Source: a virus
Virus record (IMG/VR): IMGVR_UViG_3300035698_004085
Coordinates: 1-64,000 of that record
Reading direction: 5' to 3' (one strand)
DNA: 64,000 nucleotides
This document shows, one piece after another, positions 38,874-49,268 of this stretch. Within the stretch, counting starts at the first letter, position 1. The number at the start of each line of letters is the position of its first letter. A program made the position numbers and the translations under genes. The notes under the pieces were generated by a model. It did not search any database. It saw only the letters and a program-made list of their open reading frames with translations, and was not told where the DNA came from.

Positions 38874-41800
38874 TGTCTACCTTTCCTACAGTAGATCGCT
38901 ATTCTAATTTAGTACGGGGAATTATCTCTGGTGACTTTTATGCTAGTGAGGGAATTGTTATACCTTATAGATCTGGCGTAACAACTTTAAGGCTTGAGAC
39001 TTCTTCTCCAAATACTGAATATGGAATTTACGTTAACGAGACTTTTTCAGGGTCTGAAGTTTCAGATGTTAATGGAAATGTAGTATTATCCAGGAAGCTT
39101 CCTCAAGGTGAAGTTACTCTAACGTTGTTGAATCGTAGTACTGGTCAAGAGATAAAGACTTATGTGACGGTTAGAGACTATGCTATTTGGCTTGCGACCT
39201 ATGCTGAAGCTCTAGAAACAATAGACGATAATATTCTTCAGGTTCGTAGCAATGTTTCTATTGAAGATGCTGAGTTGTCGGCGTTACAAGAGGTTTATGG
39301 AAAACCGGTAGACACTTATGCTGATGTTGGTCAGGAAACAGAAGCTTATAGGCATCAGATACATGAGCTAAGACTTGCCTATCGTAACTTTGGCACTCGA
39401 TATAAAGGTTTTGAAGAAGCGATTGCAGAATTTACTCAGGTTCCTCCGTTTGGCTATACTCGTAGAAAATGGGGACCTAATTGGGTTTTAGATCAATCCA
39501 TGCTCATTAATCATAGGTTTAAAGAGAGATCTAATTCTCTTACTAACTCTACGGGAAACATTACTGGGCTTACGCTAGTGGGCGTTGAGCCTGATGTTGT
39601 GTCTAACCCTGGTACTGCTCACGTTATTGACTATACTGTCGCTACAAACGTTCTTACGTGGACGCCAGACGGAGTAGCTGGTCCTACCGTAGAGGCGAAT
39701 GACGGTGAATTGTTTCTTCCAGGTCCTCCAGATTCTCGTCCTGCTTATGCTCTTGGTAGGGATGTTTCAGTAACAGCTTATAGCATTATTGCAGGTGGTG
39801 CTTTAGATAATGACTATATTTATTTAAATATAGATAAAAAGGGAATCGCTGCAATCCAGCTTACGACTGGATTGCCAGCTCCAACTCCTGCAAATGTTGC
39901 TACAGATATTAATTACGAGTTGAGTAATGCTTTAGGAACTTATTTTTTACAATACGGAGCTGCTTATTCAGCTGTTGCTTCTGTGTATAATAGCAAGTTA
40001 TTGATTGATTCTCCTGTAGCAACTGGATCTTCTGTAGAGATTTTAGAAGGAACTGAGAGCGGAGCGGGAGAGCTTTTTGGAATATCACCTGGAGATGTTC
40101 AATTTCCTGCTGGTGAAGTTCTTAATGGAATTGAGTTACATAATTTTGGTGGAACGATTCCTTTTATGGGAACTGCTACGTTAGAGCATACTTATGATGA
40201 TACTTTGACTCCGCCTAATAGCTTAAAGTGGAAATCGACTAATGGAGCTTACGGAGTTTCAGTTAATGTTGATGAAAACGGGTCTTATACTTTAACAGAT
40301 ACAATTGGAGCTACTGTTACGGTTTATTGTTATGTGTCTGAGATGGATACTCAAGCTGGTGCTCCATTAACTACCGTAACTACTTTTTCAATAGGGTTTA
40401 ACCGATACAACGAAAATCTGTTAGAGACTCAAGGTTGTTGGGTTACTATTGACTCTTCTCTATTACCTATTGCTAATCAGACTGACACAATTGTTGTTTA
40501 TGACGACGTAACAGACGGATATACTGAGACTCCTGATTATTGGTTTATAGAGCCTGATCCGCTTATAGCTATTACAACGGTGTTTGCTCCTTCTGATATT
40601 GTTAGGGGAAAAGAGGATGAGCTAGATTCATCACCTGCGTATCGGTGGAGAACGTCAGATTCTTCAAAAGAAACTTCTTATGCTATTATTTCGCACGTTT
40701 TAAAGTTTCCTTTGATAAGCGATACTCCAAGGGGTAGTAACTATCCTCAACAAGACCCTGGGTTATTCTATGATTATGAGGGATACGAGACTAAATTTTC
40801 AGGATGGTTTAAGTCTCTTAGTAGGTTTGGCGCGGTTACTGCTACTTTAGCTTTTTCATTTGATGGAGGAGATAACTGGATTTCTGGCGTTGCTACTACA
40901 ATCAATAGTGATATTGGAACCCACGGCTATGACCATTATACGTATGTAGAATTAAGCACAATAATACCTGCTGATATTCAGTATAGGGAAACTGCGGCTT
41001 TAACCTATGAAGATTCTGGAGTTCTAGCAAGAGTAACGTTTGATTCAGCTTGGGGTTATATTGATGTTTGGTCAGATAGCCTTAACGTAGAGGTGAAATA
41101 TATCTCTTCAAGGTCTTTAACTAATGCTACTGTTGCAAGATCAAGGCATCGTCAATACTTTGGAGAATTAGCTTGGGTATGGGCACCCGAAGAACTAAGC
41201 GTTAACGAGCAAAAGTATATAGGCGTTCCTTATATGGACTCAGACAAGACTACTGTGTATGCGGGAGTTACTCTTACTCATATTGATTCTGATACTCCAA
41301 CAGGTACGGCTTCTTTAGAATATGAATATAACTCTACTCTGAATACAAAGAGACTAAGGTGGATTCCTTCTGGTACAACCTATGGAGCAGGAGTTGGGTG
41401 GTCTTCTATTACAGGTGATGGATCTTACGAGTTGACTGCTCCTGATGCGTCTACAATTACTGTGTCTGTTATTTATGCTATTCTTCCTGTGTTGACTGGC
41501 ACTATGCCTGTTTCTACTTCTAAATCTATTGTTATAAGTAACTCTTCCGTGCATCAAGGACATTCTAGGAAGATTTTGCCTGCTCATTCTGCTTTAGATA
41601 TTTTGGATGTTACTGAATATGACTCTTCTGGCGTTCCAATAAATCTATTCGGCGTTATTACCGAACCTGATTTCTCACTATGTGGTTTGGTGAACGCAGA
41701 AGTAATCTCAGCAGATCCTTTTAAATACGCATATGCTGCTCCAGAATTCTTACCACAAACTGGAGAAGCCTTATCCTTTGCTACTGTAGGTCCTGATGAA

Positions 41801-42592
41801 GTTGCTACTTTAGTTTATTATTCAGACGAAGACCAAACTGAAGCAGTTCTTTACGAAGATGGAATTCCTGTATCAAATGATATGTGGAGCTTTACTGCGG
41901 CAAATACTCTTGCTATTCCTACAACTTGGTTTACCGGAGGTTCTTTAGATGCTTCAGCGGTATTTACACTGGACTATAACCTTCTGTATCAAGTTACTTC
42001 AACAATCTTGGAATTAGACGCTACCTATCAAGATTACATGTGGCTAGCTGACTATTTCTTGTGGGAACGTTTTGATAATGTTCTAGGTGAGTACGCTGCT
42101 GAAACATCGTTAATCTTTAACTTTGATAACGGACAAGCGGTTTTGTCAAAGAAATCAACAGCGGATAAGTCAACTGCTTCATTATGGGTACAAGAAGCAG
42201 CTGAGCTAAGAGAAATACCTAAGCGTTATTGGGATTTTAAGGACGATAAGACTATTCAAATCGAGATTGCATATTTAGTGAATGGTCAATACTACTTAGA
42301 GCACTATGAAAAGCGCGTTTATGAGGAATCTAGACTAACAACTACTTTTGAGCATAGGTCCGCGTCAACTGCTCTTTTGACGGCTTCTGCTACGTGGGAA
42401 GAAGTAGACAAGAACGAGAACATTGAGGTTAACCAGACAGTACCTCACCAGTTCCATCAGCTGCGTTTGTCAATCTCTGGTATAAGGGACTTGAGAGACT
42501 TTAAGATTAGATCAATGGTTCTGAAGGGACTTAAAATGTTTGGGTCAAGCCCTTATGTGCCTGGGTTGACCAATATTTGGAAAGTAGATTAA
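38873..42592 (+). CDS. Large baseplate wedge / fibre attachment protein
   Basis: Q..EAYR......AY...GT...GFEEAI..FT pattern of P2 gpI/T4 gp7-like wedge proteins followed by repeated beta modules. Confidence 0.55.
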   Translation: MSTFPTVDRYSNLVRGIISGDFYASEGIVIPYRSGVTTLRLETSSPNTEYGIYVNETFSGSEVSDVNGNVVLSRKLPQGEVTLTLLNRSTGQEIKTYVTVRDYAIWLATYAEALETIDDNILQVRSNVSIEDAELSALQEVYGKPVDTYADVGQETEAYRHQIHELRLAYRNFGTRYKGFEEAIAEFTQVPPFGYTRRKWGPNWVLDQSMLINHRFKERSNSLTNSTGNITGLTLVGVEPDVVSNPGTAHVIDYTVATNVLTWTPDGVAGPTVEANDGELFLPGPPDSRPAYALGRDVSVTAYSIIAGGALDNDYIYLNIDKKGIAAIQLTTGLPAPTPANVATDINYELSNALGTYFLQYGAAYSAVASVYNSKLLIDSPVATGSSVEILEGTESGAGELFGISPGDVQFPAGEVLNGIELHNFGGTIPFMGTATLEHTYDDTLTPPNSLKWKSTNGAYGVSVNVDENGSYTLTDTIGATVTVYCYVSEMDTQAGAPLTTVTTFSIGFNRYNENLLETQGCWVTIDSSLLPIANQTDTIVVYDDVTDGYTETPDYWFIEPDPLIAITTVFAPSDIVRGKEDELDSSPAYRWRTSDSSKETSYAIISHVLKFPLISDTPRGSNYPQQDPGLFYDYEGYETKFSGWFKSLSRFGAVTATLAFSFDGGDNWISGVATTINSDIGTHGYDHYTYVELSTIIPADIQYRETAALTYEDSGVLARVTFDSAWGYIDVWSDSLNVEVKYISSRSLTNATVARSRHRQYFGELAWVWAPEELSVNEQKYIGVPYMDSDKTTVYAGVTLTHIDSDTPTGTASLEYEYNSTLNTKRLRWIPSGTTYGAGVGWSSITGDGSYELTAPDASTITVSVIYAILPVLTGTMPVSTSKSIVISNSSVHQGHSRKILPAHSALDILDVTEYDSSGVPINLFGVITEPDFSLCGLVNAEVISADPFKYAYAAPEFLPQTGEALSFATVGPDEVATLVYYSDEDQTEAVLYEDGIPVSNDMWSFTAANTLAIPTTWFTGGSLDASAVFTLDYNLLYQVTSTILELDATYQDYMWLADYFLWERFDNVLGEYAAETSLIFNFDNGQAVLSKKSTADKSTASLWVQEAAELREIPKRYWDFKDDKTIQIEIAYLVNGQYYLEHYEKRVYEESRLTTTFEHRSASTALLTASATWEEVDKNENIEVNQTVPHQFHQLRLSISGIRDLRDFKIRSMVLKGLKMFGSSPYVPGLTNIWKVD

Positions 42593-42593
42593 A

Positions 42594-43064
42594 ATGAAGT
42601 TTCTATATATTTTAGGGTTTCTATGGGCGCTGCCTATGTCAATTTTTGCTTGGATGCTAATTTTAGTATTATATTTTACAAAACAGATTGAAAAATCCGA
42701 TGTTTCTGATTCGCTTACCTTTATTATTGACCTTAAGAATTCAGGTTGGTTTTGTAAGAAGGCATTTACCGAAAGAGGTTGGTTTGGCTTTGTTCTAGGA
42801 AATACAATATTTTTGGTAGATATTGATGATGAGCGCTATGCGAGGGCTTTAAGGCACGAGCAAGAGCATGTTTATCAAATGTATAAATGCGGGATTTTCT
42901 TCTTTGCTCTGTACATTATTGAGAGCTTGAGGATTTATATGTTTGTTAAAGAGGAACATTCGTACTACGATAACTGGTTTGAAGTTGAAGCTCGTAGGGC
43001 TGCTGGTCAGCCAATCCAGATACCTAAAAGTTTCTGGAAGGATGACCGATGGATTTGGTGGTAG
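42594..43064 (+). CDS. Membrane-associated HExxH (zincin-like) protein
   Basis: Hydrophobic N-terminus; LGNTIF, RHEQEHVYQ and YYDNWFEVEAR motifs. Confidence 0.6.
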   Translation: MKFLYILGFLWALPMSIFAWMLILVLYFTKQIEKSDVSDSLTFIIDLKNSGWFCKKAFTERGWFGFVLGNTIFLVDIDDERYARALRHEQEHVYQMYKCGIFFFALYIIESLRIYMFVKEEHSYYDNWFEVEARRAAGQPIQIPKSFWKDDRWIWW

Positions 43065-43095
43065 TGTGTGTTTTGTTAAGATTTATTAAGTTAAG

Positions 43096-43126
43096 TTTAA
43101 AATCCCTACAGAAGGTTTGCTACACT
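43096..43126 (+). promoter_or_regulatory. Phage-specific promoter motif, copy 5 (TTTAAA-N3-CCTAC-N11-TACACT)
   Basis: Intergenic; conserved spacing. Confidence 0.7.
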
Positions 43127-43158
43127 TTATGTGTAGATGATTCAAGGAGATTTTAAGA

Positions 43159-43344
43159 ATGGATAACCTAACTAAAGAATGTACGACTTGTAAGGCGTCT
43201 AAGGATCTAGAGGCGTTTGGTAAGCATCCATTAGGGAAGTATGGACGTAAGTCGTCATGTAAAGAATGCGTCAGTTTGTATCAGAAGAACTTATATCAAA
43301 CTCGTAAACTAGAGTTGGAGATCCAAGAGGCTCCAAATGGATAA
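43159..43344 (+). CDS. Single Cys4 zinc-finger protein
   Basis: KECTTC...K....F......G..S.CKEC; SD AAGGAG. Confidence 0.65.
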   Translation: MDNLTKECTTCKASKDLEAFGKHPLGKYGRKSSCKECVSLYQKNLYQTRKLELEIQEAPNG

Positions 43345-44683
43345 AGTTTTTGATAAAGATGGTTCTGAAGTTTTGACGAAGGTTTGTACTAAGTGTGGAG
43401 AAGAGAAACCATTGGTAGAGTTTCATAAGGATAAAGCTTGCAGGCATGGTTGTCATCCTGTGTGTAAGGCTTGTAAGAGAGTTTATCAGGAGTCTCGTAT
43501 TTATGATTATTCTAAAAATTCTGAACGGGATAGTTTAACATTGAAAGCTTGTACGTGTTGTGGCGAGTCTAGGTTATTAGCGGAGTTTAGCAAGGACAAA
43601 TACCGCAGGGATGGCAGGATTTCAAGGTGTAATGAGTGTGTTAATTCTTCTGAAAAGCTTATTTATGATTATGAAGCAAATTATGAGGGGGATATTTTAA
43701 GGACAAGAGGCTGTACGTTCTGCGGTGAACTTAAGCTACTAGGAGAATTTAACAAGAATAAATTCTCCACAAAGGATGGGAGATCTTCAATGTGTAGGAG
43801 GTGTGAGTCGTCCTGTAGGTTGAAAAAAGATGATTATGATTATGCCACAAATTATGAACAAGATCTTTTAAGGAGGGGAGAGTGTGCGTGCTGCGGAAAA
43901 TCTAAGTTACTAGGGGAGTTTTATAAGGATAAAGCGAGTAGGGGGAACGGCAGGTCTTCAAGGTGCAAAGCTTGTGAAGCTTTTATTACATATGATTATG
44001 AAGCAAATTATGAGAGGGATATTTTAAGGACAAGAGAGTGTACGCGCTGTGGTATCGAAAAACCAATATTTAATTTTTCTAGAAGTAAGCATTGCCTGGG
44101 AGATGGTAGACAGGCTGTGTGTAAGGAATGTTCTAAGATTAGGAGTGTCTTGAGGCGCTCGCTCCCAGGAGTTAGGAGATCAGAGTCCTCAAAAAAGAAG
44201 CTTTATAATGATCGTCCTGAAAACAGAATGCGAAGGCTTAGAGTACAGAAGGCATACAGTCAGACTCCTTCATCAAGAGAGTTGACGCGGTTACGCTCCA
44301 GAAAAAGGGGAAAGACACCTAGGGGCAGGCTAGCTTCGAGTATGAAGAATGGACTCAGGTCTTCGTTAGGCTGTCAAAAGGCAGGTAGACACTGGGAAGG
44401 TCTTGTTGGTTGGACAATTGATGAGGCTTTATCTCATTGGGAGAGTGAAGGCCTATTACTTCCTCATCCTGTAACTGGTGAGGAAATGGTCTTAGGCAAG
44501 TCTGCAATAGACATACATCATATTGTTCCACAGCAGACTTTTAAATATGAGACGGCTGAAGATCCTGAGTTTAAACAATGCTGGGCAATGACTAATTTAC
44601 AACCTATTTGGCGTGATGATCATAAGAAGATTAATCATCATGATATAATTAATCTAATAAAAGTGTGTAAAGATAATCTATAG
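43337..44683 (+). CDS. HNH endonuclease with five tandem Cys4 zinc-finger repeats (probable homing endonuclease)
   Basis: Five CxxCG..K...EF.K.....G....CxxC units with YDY..NYE.D.L linkers; C-terminal IDIHHIVP...CW..TNLQPIW..DH. Confidence 0.75.
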   Translation: MDKVFDKDGSEVLTKVCTKCGEEKPLVEFHKDKACRHGCHPVCKACKRVYQESRIYDYSKNSERDSLTLKACTCCGESRLLAEFSKDKYRRDGRISRCNECVNSSEKLIYDYEANYEGDILRTRGCTFCGELKLLGEFNKNKFSTKDGRSSMCRRCESSCRLKKDDYDYATNYEQDLLRRGECACCGKSKLLGEFYKDKASRGNGRSSRCKACEAFITYDYEANYERDILRTRECTRCGIEKPIFNFSRSKHCLGDGRQAVCKECSKIRSVLRRSLPGVRRSESSKKKLYNDRPENRMRRLRVQKAYSQTPSSRELTRLRSRKRGKTPRGRLASSMKNGLRSSLGCQKAGRHWEGLVGWTIDEALSHWESEGLLLPHPVTGEEMVLGKSAIDIHHIVPQQTFKYETAEDPEFKQCWAMTNLQPIWRDDHKKINHHDIINLIKVCKDNL

Positions 44684-44707
44684 TTATCAATAAGGAGCTA
44701 GAATACA

Positions 44708-47700
44708 ATGAAGAGAAGCTTATACCCTGACGGTTGTTTAATTGATAGAAGTGCCTTAGCAAATACTGAATCTACAAAAATTGATGAAATATTAAGAACT
44801 CGGGTTGATAACACATCTGGAGGTGTCTATTCTGGAGGTGCTGTTACAATCAACGCTCTGACAGATACCCTTGTAGACGTGGCGGCATTTGAAGGATTTA
44901 CTAGTAACGGAGAGTTCATATCTGATACCGTGGCTACTGCGAGCATACCTTTAGCTGATTATACTGCGGGGGTTATAAATGTTGTTGGAGCTATAGCTGC
45001 CGAGACTAATACTCATTCTCAACCGCATGAGTCCAATGGGCAGGTCTTTAGCACAAGAGCTTCAATGAGCTACCGGATTGTGGTTTATACTTTGGCAGAT
45101 TATGAAAACCCTTACGTATTGCCTGTGACAGATGCAACCTTAACAAATGACGCAAAGGACCGTTTTTTGGTTTTTGGATATGTTCAAGCTGAAGGAGTTG
45201 GTGCTACTTTAACAACTATTACAGATCCAACTACCTTTAACAACATATTGTATGCCTCTCCCACGTCTCAGGCTACTCTAACGGGCGTCTCGGTCATAGG
45301 AGTCAGCTCAGACACGCCGACAGGTCTTGGGCAGATTGACTATACGTATACTGCTCCTGCGACTTATGCAGTAACCTGGACTTCCCTAACAGGCGGAGTA
45401 GGTGCTTCTGTGGCTCTCACAGCGGACGGGACTTATACTGTGTTTTCGGGGACAGGGATTGACTATATAACTATTAGCGTAGTTTATTCAATGTTGCCTT
45501 TGACAGCTGCTGTGGCGTTCCCTACAACGGTTATTAACGCGTATGAGCAGGAAATTCCAAGGTTGACTGCGGAAGATAATTTGCACCGTAACTTTATTGG
45601 TACTGGTGTTGTTTCTCCGACAAATATTCATGGGCTTACGGCGGATGATCTCGGAGCACAAAGTCTTGCATTGTTGGATGAGCACCAAGACGTTATGCAC
45701 ACAAATGGGATCTGGAAAGGGTCTGCCCCAACGTGCTTAGGAACTACGGTAGTGAATTTGCCGGGTGATGACCAAATTAATGTAACTGCTCCAGCTGGAT
45801 CAGACCTATATTATATCAATGGTACTAAGCTAAATACAATAGATGCTACTTCTATTCTGTTTAATTTCCCAGCATTAACAACTCAGCTGTATGAAATCAG
45901 TGTGTCAGATGCTGGCAGTCTAGTATATAATGAGAAGCTTACCTATCCATTGGTTCGGAATGTTACTGGTACCTGGATTACGGATATGTCTACCTCATAC
46001 CCCGCAGGCAGCTATGATTTAGTTTGTGTAGCTTATACATCAGCTCCTAATTACTATGAACTATCATGGAACGCAGGACCTATTGTTACTGTTGAGTTTG
46101 GTGAAGCAGATCAAGCTGTAAGGCTTTATGACACAGATGGAATTAAGTGGGTTGACCTCTGGGTGAGAACGGCAACTTCTGGTGCAAATCCTGATTCATC
46201 TTTACCAACTACAGGTGGTGGTGGAACTACCTATACAGATTCTATAACTGTTTCAGCATCGTATGACTGGACAGAGAATATGCACATCTCTTCGGTGATA
46301 TGCTGGTGGGATGCAGTGTCTGCCACTAGAGTGTTAGGATATTCTTCATATTCTGCTTCAAGATTTGCGATGGATCATAGACCTTGGGGTACTATTGCTA
46401 AATCTAACATGAGTGATGCTGCTCTTCAAGATTTGATTTATCATCCTAATAGTGAGCTTCATTATTCTGGAGTTCTTTTAAATAGGGATATTCAGAATAC
46501 TGCTACTTCTATTGAGAATTTTGAGTTTGTCGGGTCTACTCTTCTTGCTGTTGATATAAGAGGAGGTCACTGTTATTGTAGAGGGCAAAGGCTATCAGTA
46601 GCTGAGGATGATACGCTAGCCCTGACTGATAATGTTGAGAATATTGTGTATGTGAGTGATACTGGCGTTATCATGTCATTGGCGGTTTCTGGGTTTGGAA
46701 GTACTGCTGAGGCGATTCGCTATCTGATTGGCGATGGTACTTATCGTCCAAATGTGAGCGCTGAGGTTCATTATACGGATGATAGAGATAATCCTGAGAG
46801 AGGCGTTCCTCTGTGGTCTATTACTACTGCTGCGGGAGTCGTATCGTCTTCTAAAAGCATTATGAGAAATGTAAATAACGTTACTGATATGTGGTCGGTT
46901 GGAGAGAGTGCTGGTGCTTTCTCAACCTTGGAGGCTGCATTCTTTATGGCGTCTATTTTCACAGATGAAGATATTGAAGTAACAGTAATTGGAGATACTA
47001 CGGTTTCTACTGTTATTACTCAACCCGCTAATGTTTCAGTGAAGGGCGTTGGTACGACTGCTGGCGTAACTATTGGATCTGCATTGAGCGTGAACGGTGC
47101 TTGGCTGTTGTCAGACGGTTGTGTAGTTGACGGAGCTAATATTGTTAATGCTTTTGACGGAAGTGCTGCGATTGGTCTAGCTGATAATACAACGGTTAAA
47201 AACTGTACTTATACGGGACAAGCGGTTGCTGGTTATGACTATTTCTTAGCAGGAAAGGGGGCTGTTCTAATAAGTAACGCTTCTGTCTTAAATAATACCG
47301 TATCTACGACGGGTGGTTTGTTTGCTCAGGCAACTATGGCTTCTGCTATAAACGTAAACATAAATATTATAGACAATCAAGTGTCAATGTCTGCGGACAA
47401 CACAAACAGTGATACGGCATTGTGTTATATTAGTGCTATCGATTCTCGGATTAAAGGTAATACGCTTACAACCGACAATGGTAATGCTCACTTTGTTGAT
47501 GTTCTAAATATCTCAAACACGGTTAGTTCGAGCGTTACTGATAATATTATTCGTATGGGTCAAGGTGATGCTTCTGCTGATGAGATAGGCATTAGGCTTT
47601 CAGGGCTTTTAAATGTAACTGTAGGAATTAGTGGCAATGTTATAGGTAGAGAGTCAAGTAGTACTTCCACTATTGGGGTTGGCATCTGTATTTCAAGTAT

Positions 47701-49255
47701 TGTGTCAGGGGTTTCTATTAGTAATAACAGGGTTAGCTTGGTTGGTAGGGCGATTGGAGCTGAGGATAGCGCTTTTCAGGCTCAAAATTTAGCTATTGAT
47801 GGGAACATCATAGACTCTTGTTATACTAGCGGAATTGTAGTAGATTTAGGTTCTCTAGACTGTGATAACGTTTCTATTTGTAATAACGTTATCCGAGATA
47901 TTACGAGAGCTGCTGTTGTTCTTTCGCATGACAGTATTGTGGGTATAGAGTTTACTGTTGATGGTGCGGCTACTGTTTTAGGAGTTAACATAAGCGGTAA
48001 TACGATTTCAGAGATGTCTACGGATATTGGGGCGGTTCAGGGGGTTAATATTAGCTTAGGTCTTGCTTCTACGGTTGAAGGATTTTCTGTTTCTAATAAC
48101 GTAATTTCTAATCTTTTATCTGCTGCTCAAAATGTGTATGGAATTGATTTTGGAGGTACTACAGGGACTTGGGATAGTTTTACTATTTCAGGTAACACGA
48201 TTAGCGTTTTATCAGCGGCTGCGGCTAATGCGATTTATGGTATTTATCTTGGAGGTTCGTCTACTGATGTTACGAATGCTTCTATTAATTCTAACAATAT
48301 TAATTTTGCTACTTCGGTTCTTTCTGCTAGTGCTGGAACTGCTTGCGGGATAAGGTGTCTTTGGGAGCTTGAGGCTTCTTCGCTTAATTCTAATACTATA
48401 TTAATATCTCATTCTAACGATACGGATCAAGGTGATGGTATTTTGCTTGAAGATCAGTTAGACGCAACCTCTATAAACGATAATGATATTAAAGTTCCTC
48501 GCGCTGCGTTACTTTTGGATGCTATTTTAAGGGGGTCTGTCTCGTCTAATACTCTTATGTCTCACGGTGGCGGAATTATGGTAGGGGCTACCGCTAACGG
48601 CGTTAATGTTCAAAATAATGTAATTATTATTACTCCGTCTAACTCATTAGGAAGTTACGGTAGCTATGGTATTGTTAACTTAGGAAATGATGTAGTTATT
48701 TCTGGGAATCAGATTAAAATGTTTGGTGATTCTACTGGTGCCGTGCCAAATGGCTCTTGTCTTATTTGTTCTGACGAAGGGGTAGGCGTATCAATTATTG
48801 GTAATAAGTTGTATACTTCTGCTCATATAACTTCAGTTTCTGGAGCTGGTCTTGCTTATCATATTCTTTTTAATATTGGAAATGTTACTACAACTCAGCA
48901 GCACGCTATCTCTGATAATAATTTAGTGTGTAACGATGCTAGCTTATTTAATGGTATTTATATTTATCATCCTAATGCGGGTACTGCTTTAGCTACCGCT
49001 ACTGTTAGTTTTTCAGCTAATAGTGTTGTTAGCGCTTTATCAGCTGCTGCTTGGCCAACGACGGCTGTTGATGTACCTCATCAGATCTTTTTTACTACGT
49101 CTGCTTTGTATAGGATAATAGCTAGTGCCAATATTATAAATGCCAGTGGCGGTTCTCTTACCTTTCCAAAGGGGTTTGTAGGTCCTTCTCCCCTGCATAC
49201 AGTATCCAGTAATGTTGCTACGGCTGACGGCGTTGGTGCACCTACTTGGTGGTAA
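44708..49255 (+). CDS. Tail fibre/tailspike with C-terminal parallel beta-helix
   Basis: 1515 aa; many ISGNTI/ISNNVI pectin-lyase-type repeats in the C-terminal half; last gene of the structural module. Confidence 0.75.
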   Translation: MKRSLYPDGCLIDRSALANTESTKIDEILRTRVDNTSGGVYSGGAVTINALTDTLVDVAAFEGFTSNGEFISDTVATASIPLADYTAGVINVVGAIAAETNTHSQPHESNGQVFSTRASMSYRIVVYTLADYENPYVLPVTDATLTNDAKDRFLVFGYVQAEGVGATLTTITDPTTFNNILYASPTSQATLTGVSVIGVSSDTPTGLGQIDYTYTAPATYAVTWTSLTGGVGASVALTADGTYTVFSGTGIDYITISVVYSMLPLTAAVAFPTTVINAYEQEIPRLTAEDNLHRNFIGTGVVSPTNIHGLTADDLGAQSLALLDEHQDVMHTNGIWKGSAPTCLGTTVVNLPGDDQINVTAPAGSDLYYINGTKLNTIDATSILFNFPALTTQLYEISVSDAGSLVYNEKLTYPLVRNVTGTWITDMSTSYPAGSYDLVCVAYTSAPNYYELSWNAGPIVTVEFGEADQAVRLYDTDGIKWVDLWVRTATSGANPDSSLPTTGGGGTTYTDSITVSASYDWTENMHISSVICWWDAVSATRVLGYSSYSASRFAMDHRPWGTIAKSNMSDAALQDLIYHPNSELHYSGVLLNRDIQNTATSIENFEFVGSTLLAVDIRGGHCYCRGQRLSVAEDDTLALTDNVENIVYVSDTGVIMSLAVSGFGSTAEAIRYLIGDGTYRPNVSAEVHYTDDRDNPERGVPLWSITTAAGVVSSSKSIMRNVNNVTDMWSVGESAGAFSTLEAAFFMASIFTDEDIEVTVIGDTTVSTVITQPANVSVKGVGTTAGVTIGSALSVNGAWLLSDGCVVDGANIVNAFDGSAAIGLADNTTVKNCTYTGQAVAGYDYFLAGKGAVLISNASVLNNTVSTTGGLFAQATMASAINVNINIIDNQVSMSADNTNSDTALCYISAIDSRIKGNTLTTDNGNAHFVDVLNISNTVSSSVTDNIIRMGQGDASADEIGIRLSGLLNVTVGISGNVIGRESSSTSTIGVGICISSIVSGVSISNNRVSLVGRAIGAEDSAFQAQNLAIDGNIIDSCYTSGIVVDLGSLDCDNVSICNNVIRDITRAAVVLSHDSIVGIEFTVDGAATVLGVNISGNTISEMSTDIGAVQGVNISLGLASTVEGFSVSNNVISNLLSAAQNVYGIDFGGTTGTWDSFTISGNTISVLSAAAANAIYGIYLGGSSTDVTNASINSNNINFATSVLSASAGTACGIRCLWELEASSLNSNTILISHSNDTDQGDGILLEDQLDATSINDNDIKVPRAALLLDAILRGSVSSNTLMSHGGGIMVGATANGVNVQNNVIIITPSNSLGSYGSYGIVNLGNDVVISGNQIKMFGDSTGAVPNGSCLICSDEGVGVSIIGNKLYTSAHITSVSGAGLAYHILFNIGNVTTTQQHAISDNNLVCNDASLFNGIYIYHPNAGTALATATVSFSANSVVSALSAAAWPTTAVDVPHQIFFTTSALYRIIASANIINASGGSLTFPKGFVGPSPLHTVSSNVATADGVGAPTWW

Positions 49256-49268
49256 TCTTAGTTTTTTC

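Noticed and set aside
20665-42592. Extracellular contractile injection system or tailocin
   Set aside because: Despite two tube genes, the same contig has portal, protease, capsid and replication genes, so it is a phage.
43664-44036. 46 bp repeat pair as a diversity-generating retroelement TR/VR
   Set aside because: Both copies are coding linkers in one gene, differ at a single base, and no reverse transcriptase is in the window.
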